A stretch of DNA of 45,193 nucleotides, taken from Saprospiraceae bacterium (GTDB taxonomy: Bacteria > Bacteroidota > Bacteroidia > Chitinophagales > Saprospiraceae). The position numbers and the translations under genes are program-made. Location of the stretch: positions 1-45,193 of the forward strand of contig JBDSUZ010000296.1 in NCBI GenBank assembly GCA_039927395.1, in the 5' to 3' direction. Position 1 is the first letter of the stretch. Every line of letters begins with the position of its first letter. The notes below the pieces were generated by a model. It did not search any database and was not told the origin of the DNA. It saw only the letters and a list, made by a program, of their open reading frames with translations. Of the stretch, positions 28,326 through 35,432 are shown piece after piece.

Positions 28326-31133
28326 TCAATGAGCTTCGAGCCAGTTGTTGCCAATACCCATTCCCACCAGTATGGGAACTTTGAGATTTGGCATTGCGTA
28401 TTTCATTCCGTTTTCGATGATTGGCTTGACCATCTCAAGTTCCGATTTCAGCACATCAAACACGAGTTCATCATGTACTTGCAGAACCATCTTTGACGCA
28501 AAATTGTGCTCCTTGAATTCCTTGTGGATTTGAATCATTGCTGCCTTGATCATATCTGCTGCAGTACCTTGTATTGGAGTATTGACTGCAACGCGTTCAG
28601 CGCCTGAACGTGCAAGATCATTTCGCGAATTTATGTCTCTTAGATTCCTCTTCCGACCCATCAATGTGATCACGTAGCCGTTGTCTCTGGCAAATTTGAC
28701 AGTTTCGTCCATGTATTTTTTTAGCCCATGATATTGGGTAAAATAGGCTTCAATGAGCTCTTTTGCTTCTTGTCGCTTGATACCAAGCTGTTTGGAGAGA
28801 TTTGTAGAGCCCGCTCCGTAAATTATGGAGAAATTGACCGTCTTGGCATTGCGACGCTGAGTAGGAGTGACCTCTTCAAGGGGAACGCCATAGACTTTGG
28901 CAGCAGTAGCCAAGTGAATATCGAGTCCTTTTATAAATGCATCTAACATCGCCTCATCGCCGCTCATTTCGGCTATCAGCCGCAACTCAATTTGCGAATA
29001 ATCGGCTGATAACAATACATGATTTTCGTCACGGGGAATGAAGGCTTCACGGACTCTCGCTCCTTCTGGAGTCTTGATGGGAATATTCTGCAAATTGGGA
29101 TTGTTGGAGCTCAATCTGCCTGTGGCTGCGAGGGCTTGATTGAAGGAGCTGTGAATTCTGCCAGATTTGGGATTGATCATCTTTGGCAATGCATCAACAT
29201 AAGTGCTCAGCAACTTGCTAAGACCTCTAAAGGTCAAAATTGCAGATGCTACAGGGTTTTCATATGCCAATTCGCTCAATTTGTCCTCATCTGTCGAATA
29301 TTGGCCCGAGCTCGTCTTCTTCCACCTATATGGAATCTTCAACACATCAAAAAGCACTTCGCCCACTTGTTTAGGCGACCCAATATTGAATCTCGCGCCT
29401 GCCATTTCATAGACTTTCTCCTCTGCGGTGGCGATCAGGACCATCAATTCCTTGGAATAATTCTTTAGATATTGTGCATCGATATTGATGCCTTCAAACT
29501 CCAGATCAGTCAAAACCTTGACTAAAGGAGCTTCCAGATTATCGTTTAGCGTTGCTACTTCATGATCTAGCAGTTTTGGACTAAGCACTTCTGCCAACTG
29601 CCATGTGATATCTGCATCTTCAGTTGCATATTCCGCTATTTTGTCAAGTTCGACATCACGCATAGTGCCTTGAGTAACCCCTTTCTTACCTATCAGTGTA
29701 GAGATCGATACTGGCGAATAGTTGAGATAAATCTCAGCCAAATAATCCATATTATGCCTCAACTCGGGCTCCAGTAAGTAATGGGCAAGCATCGTATCGA
29801 AATAGGGTCCATTGACTTCGATGCCATACCATTTGAGAATTAAGGCATCGTATTTCAAATTTTGACCAATTTTCTTGATACTTTCTGATTCAAAAAATGG
29901 TCTGAAAGCTTCAATAATTGCAAGACATTCATTGCGATCAGCCGGCAATGGCATGTACCAGCCGCTTGACTTACCCCACGAAAAGGACATGCCGACCAAT
30001 TCAGCCAAGTTCGCATCAACATCAGTCGTCTCAGAATCATATGCTACAGCAGCTTGACTCATCAATTCCTTCAATAATTGCTCCCGCAACTCAACGGTGT
30101 CTGCAATGAGATATTTATGCTCAATCGTTGTAATATTATCACGAACAACCGGAGCCGTCTCTGAAAACTGCTCATTTTCATCTGGCATGCCCGGAAGTGG
30201 CCGCGGCGCTCCAGTATCAAACAATGATTGCTGTACTGGAACTGCCTCTGTGCCAAGGATGCTTCTAGCCAATGTTCTAAATTCCAGTTCGTCAAAAATG
30301 CCACGTAACGCAACTTTATCGGGGGGATCCAGACAGTAGTCAGTTTCGTTGAACTGAATGGGGACCTCGATATCGATACGCGCAAGTCGCTTAGATAGCA
30401 TGCCTTGCTCTGCGAAATTTCTTACATTCTCTTGCTGCTTTCCCTTTAGTTGATCTACACTCGCAATGATATTTTCCATGCTTCCAAAGGCCTTTAGCAA
30501 AATAGCCGCAGACTTAGGACCAATACCTGGGATGCCTGGAATATTGTCGACGCTATCACCCTGCAATCCCAACATATCTATCACCTGATCTACATGCTCG
30601 ATATCCCAGGTCGCTAGGATCTCAGGAACACCGCAGATTTCAACTTCATTGCCTTGCCGTCCTGGCTTGTACATGAAGATCTTATCAGAGACCAATTGGC
30701 CATAATCCTTGTCGGGCGTAACCATATACACGACATAGCCTTCCTTTTCAGCCTGTTTGGCGATGGTACCAATGACGTCATCAGCCTCAAATCCAACTTT
30801 GGTAATGACGGGTATATTTAGCGCTTCAATGATCTTCTTGATCCATGGCAATGCAAATGAAATATCTTCAGGCTGGGCATCGCGATTTGCCTTATAGGGC
30901 TCATACATTTCGTGGCGAAATGTGGGTCCAGGCAAATCGAATGAAACGGCGATATGAGTTGGTTTCTGATTGGTGATCAGATCCCAGAGCGTACGTACAA
31001 AACCATTGATAGCGGATACGTTTTGCCCCTTGGAATTGAATAATGGTCTGGCAATGAATGCGTAATGCGCCCTATAAACTAAGGCATGGCCGTCTAGCAG
31101 GAAAAGTCTCTTATCGGTTTTAGGATCAATCAT
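28326..31133 (-). CDS. polA: DNA polymerase I
   Basis: 5'-3' exonuclease N-terminus (LLDGHALVYRAHYA), a 3'-5' exonuclease domain, and polymerase motifs (DYSQIELR, QVHDE). Confidence 0.95.
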   Translation of the reverse strand: MIDPKTDKRLFLLDGHALVYRAHYAFIARPLFNSKGQNVSAINGFVRTLWDLITNQKPTHIAVSFDLPGPTFRHEMYEPYKANRDAQPEDISFALPWIKKIIEALNIPVITKVGFEADDVIGTIAKQAEKEGYVVYMVTPDKDYGQLVSDKIFMYKPGRQGNEVEICGVPEILATWDIEHVDQVIDMLGLQGDSVDNIPGIPGIGPKSAAILLKAFGSMENIIASVDQLKGKQQENVRNFAEQGMLSKRLARIDIEVPIQFNETDYCLDPPDKVALRGIFDELEFRTLARSILGTEAVPVQQSLFDTGAPRPLPGMPDENEQFSETAPVVRDNITTIEHKYLIADTVELREQLLKELMSQAAVAYDSETTDVDANLAELVGMSFSWGKSSGWYMPLPADRNECLAIIEAFRPFFESESIKKIGQNLKYDALILKWYGIEVNGPYFDTMLAHYLLEPELRHNMDYLAEIYLNYSPVSISTLIGKKGVTQGTMRDVELDKIAEYATEDADITWQLAEVLSPKLLDHEVATLNDNLEAPLVKVLTDLEFEGINIDAQYLKNYSKELMVLIATAEEKVYEMAGARFNIGSPKQVGEVLFDVLKIPYRWKKTSSGQYSTDEDKLSELAYENPVASAILTFRGLSKLLSTYVDALPKMINPKSGRIHSSFNQALAATGRLSSNNPNLQNIPIKTPEGARVREAFIPRDENHVLLSADYSQIELRLIAEMSGDEAMLDAFIKGLDIHLATAAKVYGVPLEEVTPTQRRNAKTVNFSIIYGAGSTNLSKQLGIKRQEAKELIEAYFTQYHGLKKYMDETVKFARDNGYVITLMGRKRNLRDINSRNDLARSGAERVAVNTPIQGTAADMIKAAMIQIHKEFKEHNFASKMVLQVHDELVFDVLKSELEMVKPIIENGMKYAMPNLKVPILVGMGIGNNWLEAH

Positions 31134-31321
31134 ATTGCAAAGGTACTATAGGAATCTACTGGCGAAATTGCTAAAAAGAAAGGACATCATACCGTCAAAA
31201 GAGCAAAATCAGAACCTGTCTGCAATTGATTCTTGAAATCCTTACATAAGTCAAGTGCTGCGCAAAGGGGAACTAATATGAAGAGTGAACGCAAAATTAA
31301 ATTAATTTTACCAGCATAAAC

Positions 31322-32065
31322 ATGTCCATGACCTCAGGAATACCCCTAAATCCTTTGCTTTCTATCATAATACCTGCCTACAACGAAGGAAATACCATTC
31401 ATCGCATATTGGATAAGGTTAGAGCTGTGGAACTAATCGGCAATGTCAGCAAACAGCTGATAATCGTCAATGACTGCTCTACCGATCACACTGAAGAATC
31501 GATACTGAAATATAGCAGAGATTATCCAGATCTGAATATCCAATACTTTGCGCACACAGTCAATCAAGGCAAAGGAGCAGCCATACATACGGGTATTAAA
31601 GTAGCAAGCGGAGATTACCTAATCATACAGGACGCCGATCTCGAATACGATCCCAAGGAATATAATTTGATGCTTGGTCCCATTCTTGATGGCTTTGCTG
31701 ATGTTGTGTACGGCTCGAGATTTATGGGAGGCCATCCGCACAGGATTCTATTTTATTGGCATTCAATCGGCAATAAGTTCCTGACCAATCTGTCTAATAT
31801 GTTTACAAATTTCAATCTGTCAGATATGGAAAGTTGTTACAAATTGTTCAAGAGTGAAATCATTAAAGGTTTTGAATTGAAAGAAAAGCGCTTTGGTTTC
31901 GAACCTGAAGTTACTGCTCGAGTGGCTCGTATTAAAGATATACGGCTGTATGAAGTAGGAATATCATACTATGGCAGGTCATATGCCGAGGGTAAGAAGA
32001 TAGGTTGGAGAGATGGTTTTAGAGCTATTTATTGCATCATGAAGTACAATCTATTTGCCCGCTGA
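31322..32065 (+). CDS. family 2 glycosyltransferase (polyprenol-phosphate sugar transferase-like)
   Basis: SIIIPAYNE and QDADLEYDP (DxD) motifs. 247 aa. Confidence 0.85.
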   Translation: MSMTSGIPLNPLLSIIIPAYNEGNTIHRILDKVRAVELIGNVSKQLIIVNDCSTDHTEESILKYSRDYPDLNIQYFAHTVNQGKGAAIHTGIKVASGDYLIIQDADLEYDPKEYNLMLGPILDGFADVVYGSRFMGGHPHRILFYWHSIGNKFLTNLSNMFTNFNLSDMESCYKLFKSEIIKGFELKEKRFGFEPEVTARVARIKDIRLYEVGISYYGRSYAEGKKIGWRDGFRAIYCIMKYNLFAR

Positions 32066-32338
32066 TCGGATCTGAGAAATAAGTCATATCTCAGAAAGTG
32101 CTAATTTTTGAAAGTGCTTGTATTTTCGAAAGATTCCCTACACATTTGTGCTGAAGTAGTTAATGTCTTGTCTAGACGCCAAAAGGCCGATCGCATTAAG
32201 TTGGTGATTGATAGATGATTGCAATATTTATTTCAAAAATGGAACTTTCAGGCTGCTCCAAAACCTTTACTTAGGAGGATTTTGCACATGGGACAGGGAG
32301 CTTAATGAAAATTTTATTTTTTGATCGCTTTTAAGAAT

Positions 32339-32346
32339 TATTTTTG
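32339..32346 (+). promoter_or_regulatory. candidate -7 box TATTTTTG upstream of the DksA-like gene
   Basis: Matches TAnnTTTG. A TTG sits at 32321-32323 upstream, and the ATG follows 46 nt downstream. Confidence 0.3.
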
Positions 32347-32392
32347 CCGCGAAACCCTAATTACCAACAAGAACTAATAAATCGCATTTAGC

Positions 32393-33046
32393 ATGGGTAA
32401 CAATCCGATCATTCGATATTCAGATACAGAACTTGCTGAATTCAAGGCTTTGATCGTGGATAAGCTAGGGAAAGCTCAACATGAACTAACCTTCATGCAA
32501 GAGCAGATCACAGAGATCAACGAAAACAGCAACAATAATCAAAGTGGCAACTGGTTTGACGACAGCAGTATGCACTTGGAGCTCGAAATGCTCAACAATA
32601 TGGTTTCACGCCAGCAAGTATTTGTCCGTAATTTGGAAAATGCACTGGTTCGTATAGAAAATAAGACATACGGTATTTGCACTGTAACTGGTGAATTGAT
32701 AGAAAAGAAGAGGCTCTCATTGGTGCCACATGCTACAAAGAGTGTTGCCGCCAAAGAATTTGAGACTGAGCAAAGAAAAGTAGAAGCATTGGTAGCTGCA
32801 TATCCTGCAATACCTGAAGAATCGCTTCAAGAGAAAGAAGAGAAAGAATCTCGTAAAACGAAGATTATCACCAAGGTGATTCGCAAGACTGGCGGTGTCA
32901 AAAAGAAGGATTCTCCAGCGCTTCCCCCAGTCGATGATGATTGGGAGATGGATTTGGACCTAGGTGAAGAGGATGAGGAGGAGGATTCAGTAGATGATCA
33001 AGTGGATATCAACGAAATCGCAGATGAGGATAGCGGAGATTATTGA
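32393..33046 (+). CDS. DksA/TraR-family protein with degenerate zinc finger and long acidic C-terminal tail
   Basis: Coiled-coil N-terminus, then ENKTYGICTVTGELIEKKRLSLVPHATKSV, which is a DksA-type finger region retaining one Cys. A C-terminal extension of about 90 aa ends in a D/E-rich stretch. Confidence 0.7.
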   Translation: MGNNPIIRYSDTELAEFKALIVDKLGKAQHELTFMQEQITEINENSNNNQSGNWFDDSSMHLELEMLNNMVSRQQVFVRNLENALVRIENKTYGICTVTGELIEKKRLSLVPHATKSVAAKEFETEQRKVEALVAAYPAIPEESLQEKEEKESRKTKIITKVIRKTGGVKKKDSPALPPVDDDWEMDLDLGEEDEEEDSVDDQVDINEIADEDSGDY

Positions 33047-33414
33047 TCCTGCTTTTCGGCGCCTGATTCTTTAGGTAGCTTTCAAAAATTCTTGATTTTT
33101 ATATACCTGTAAGAGCGCAATGATTTGGACAATCCTTATGCAACCTATAGGGCAAGAGGTGCACACATTTCATTTAATAACAGCATTTGAATCCTACGGA
33201 TTCATAAATCCCAATCAAACTTGACAATCGAGCCTTCTTCAATCCCAGAGGGATTGAATGTTGTTAGTAAGTAGTGTCCCGAGAATTACGACCCCCGAGG
33301 GGTCGAATGTGATAAAATGGAAATAGAAGCATAGAATTTTTCACGCTCCAAATTCAATCGTTTCACATACACAGGGGTCTTGTTTACCATATAGATACTC
33401 GATGCGACCCCCAC

Positions 33415-33440
33415 GGGTAGGGTGTCCAATGTGTTGTTTC
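33415..33440 (+). repeat. IS left terminal inverted repeat
   Basis: 26/26 match to the reverse complement of 34968-34993. Confidence 0.9.
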
Positions 33441-33523
33441 AAAAAAAATCATACATGTTCTATTAACTATATGTATAATCAATTGATTGTATGTAATTTT
33501 ATAATGAACTCAACTAAGAAACT

Positions 33524-33763
33524 ATGAAAAAGGAGACTACAACAAAAGATGAAAACGCTCAATTGATAAAAGCCCTCACGAAGGCGAATAAAGAGAAAGA
33601 GCAACTTGCTAGAAAATTGGAGCAATCAAAAGTCAAAACTGAGCAACTTAAGAAGGAATTAAAAAAAAACGACGTTCGGACAGTGGTGTTGACCAAAGAA
33701 CAAGAACTATTACTTTCGAACCTATCAAAAGATATGAATATTCCGAAATTATTGTCCGATTGA
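33524..33763 (+). CDS. IS orfA: 79-aa lysine/glutamate-rich coiled-coil protein
   Basis: ATG start. Heptad-like sequence KANKEKEQLARKLEQSKVKTEQLKKELKK. Contains the A9 slippery run and ends with a TGA overlapping orfB. Confidence 0.65.
   Translation: MKKETTTKDENAQLIKALTKANKEKEQLARKLEQSKVKTEQLKKELKKNDVRTVVLTKEQELLLSNLSKDMNIPKLLSD
33661..33669 (+). promoter_or_regulatory. A9 run, candidate programmed -1 ribosomal frameshift or transcriptional slippage site joining orfA to orfB
   Basis: In the orfA frame the sequence reads TT-A-AAA-AAA-AAC, which contains an A_AAA_AAA heptamer. The orfB frame is open from 33652, so the run lies inside the frame-overlap window. Confidence 0.6.
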
Positions 33764-34962
33764 GTACTACGCTCTATACCCAAGTTAATTGTGGTTTTCG
33801 TCAAGTAGTCGAGATTTTAAATATTCTAAATGGCGCTTTTGATGGACTTCTTGGAAAAATTCCCAGTCATAATACAATAGAAGATTGGGTTAAAAAGTGT
33901 GGATTAGAAGTTTATGAGAAAGCAGGAGAGGCGTTACGAAATACCAAATATGCACAAATAGTAGATGAAAGTATGATGATTGGCAGTGAGAAATTACTGC
34001 TGACACTGGGTGTTCCGGCAGAACATCAAGGACGCCCTTTAAACTATTACGATATCAATATTCTAAATATAGCAGTATCTGAGAGTTGGAATGGAGAAAA
34101 AATTGGAGCACAACTAAAAGCAGCAACAGAAAAAGTCGGCCATGAGCCACTCTATATCATCAGTGATAATGCCTCAGTGATGAACAAAGGAATAAGATGT
34201 TCGGGAATCCCTCATCGAAGAGACATAAGTCATTCTTTAGGGATGCTATTGGAAAGGATTTATAAGAATGAGGCCGATTTCAAAGAGTACCTAAAACTTA
34301 TGACAGAACCCAAATTTAAGTACAATATGAAGAAAATAGCCTACCTACTCCCGCCCACACAGCGCACTGTTGCCCGATTTATAAATCTATCGGAGTGGGT
34401 AAAGTGGTCGACTAAAATGCTTAACATATATAATAGACTATCGAAGGATGAACAAAAGGTATTCTCTTTTGTCCCCCTCAACGCATCGTTGATAGATGAA
34501 TTGTCAGAAGCACTAACATGTGTGAACTCAATAGAATCCATATGCAAGACCAAAGGCTTTTCAAAAGAAACAGTAAAAGAATGTAAACTAACAGTCAAGA
34601 AGCATCTATTCTGCGGCAATTCCAGGATGATCCAGTTGGGAGAATCCATTTTTGCATTTCTTACTGAGGAAGCAAAGGCTATCAAAGCCAATATTGTCCA
34701 AAACAATTCATCAGATATTATAGAGTCTGTCTTTGGGAAATATAAAGCCCGCAAATCGTTCAATAAGCTAAATGGTGTTACTCCGTTTATCCTGTTTATT
34801 CCTATTTGTGCCAAATTAAGCAGCGAACCTCACAGGAAAAGACATGATTTTAAAGGCGCTTTGGAAAATAAAACGATGAACCACTTAGAGGATTGGAAAA
34901 AAGTGCACTTGACACAAAATCTTGCACAATTGCGAACCTATTGTTTAAGAAAATCAGCGTGA
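33760..34962 (+). CDS. IS orfB: DDE-type transposase catalytic part (probably expressed as a 479-aa OrfAB fusion)
   Basis: Candidate catalytic motifs are IVDESMMIG, YIISDNASVM and SSDIIESVFGKYKAR. There is no ATG/GTG/TTG in this frame between 33652 and the TTG at 33760. Family not assignable by eye. Confidence 0.7.
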   Translation: MSTTLYTQVNCGFRQVVEILNILNGAFDGLLGKIPSHNTIEDWVKKCGLEVYEKAGEALRNTKYAQIVDESMMIGSEKLLLTLGVPAEHQGRPLNYYDINILNIAVSESWNGEKIGAQLKAATEKVGHEPLYIISDNASVMNKGIRCSGIPHRRDISHSLGMLLERIYKNEADFKEYLKLMTEPKFKYNMKKIAYLLPPTQRTVARFINLSEWVKWSTKMLNIYNRLSKDEQKVFSFVPLNASLIDELSEALTCVNSIESICKTKGFSKETVKECKLTVKKHLFCGNSRMIQLGESIFAFLTEEAKAIKANIVQNNSSDIIESVFGKYKARKSFNKLNGVTPFILFIPICAKLSSEPHRKRHDFKGALENKTMNHLEDWKKVHLTQNLAQLRTYCLRKSA

Positions 34963-34967
34963 TTCTA

Positions 34968-34993
34968 GAAACAACACATTGGACACCCTACCC
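34968..34993 (-). repeat. IS right terminal inverted repeat
   Basis: 26/26 match to the reverse complement of 33415-33440. Confidence 0.9.
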
Positions 34994-35033
34994 CACAGGG
35001 TCGAAGACTATTGACTACTCCATTTACTACCAA

Positions 35034-35300
35034 CATTTGAATCCTACGGATTCATAAATCCCAATCAAACTTGACAATCGAGCCTTCTTCAATCCCAGAG
35101 GGATTGAATGTTGTTAGTAAGTAGTGCCCCATGAATTACGACCCCCGAGGGGTCGAATGTGACAAAATGGAAATAATAGCATAGAATTTTCACGCTCCAA
35201 ATTCAATCGTTTCATATACACAGGGGTCTTGTTTACCATATAGATACTCGATGCGACCCCCACAGGGTCGAAGACTATTGACTACTCCATTTACTACCAA
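35034..35300. repeat. intact reference unit of the array (module A 35034-35110, module B 35111-35300) with four perfect hairpins
   Basis: H1 is GAATCC-tac-GGATTC (35039-35053). H2 is TTCAATCCC-aga-GGGATTGAA (35088-35108). H3 is CGACCCC-cga-GGGGTCG (35139-35155). H4 is CGACCC-ccaca-GGGTCG (35254-35270). Confidence 0.9.
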
Positions 35301-35432
35301 CATTTGAATCCTACGGATTCATAAATCCCAATCAACCTTGACAATTGAGCCTTCTTCAATCCCAGAGGGATTGAATGATCCAGACAGGTAAATAAAAATC
35401 AGCAACAGAGGTCCCTGGGCTATCAAGCAATC

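Larger units (their letters stand above)
33415..34993 (+). mobile_element. 1579-bp insertion sequence with perfect 26-bp terminal inverted repeats and two overlapping ORFs
   Basis: IR-L is GGGTAGGGTGTCCAATGTGTTGTTTC (33415-33440), the exact reverse complement of 34968-34993. Flanking CAC (33412-33414 and 34994-34996) is a direct duplication. Removing the element plus one CAC restores the sequence seen in unit 2. Confidence 0.9.
33184..35377. repeat. tandem array (2.3 copies) of a 267-bp hairpin-rich REP-like unit, interrupted by an IS
   Basis: Direct alignment gives three units. Unit 1 is 33184-33414 plus 34997-35033. Unit 2 is 35034-35300. Unit 3 is partial, 35301-35377. Units 1 and 2 differ by 7 substitutions plus 1 indel. 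Confidence 0.9.

Noticed and set aside
33478-33487. A 10-bp palindrome, ATCAATTGAT, between IR-L and orfA of the IS, as a possible operator.
   Set aside because: It is a single short AT-rich palindrome in AT-rich DNA. It is plausible as a regulatory site but is not supportable from one copy.
34341-34814. A 157-aa antisense ORF inside the IS (also 33559..33804).
   Set aside because: It is fully embedded antisense in the transposase ORFs. Open antisense frames are expected in AT-rich coding DNA, and there is no motif.
35139-35160. The hairpin arms GGGGTCGAATG and GGGATTGAATG resemble a tRNA T-arm (GGTTCGAAT), suggesting tRNA fragments or a tRNA-derived element.
   Set aside because: The stems pair with the sequence immediately 5' across 3-nt loops, not 7-nt T-loops. 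No acceptor, D or anticodon arms can be drawn around them.
33184-35377. The repeats could be a CRISPR array.
   Set aside because: The units are 267 bp long and directly abut each other with no unique spacers. No cas genes are present, and the only interruption is an IS with its own inverted repeats.
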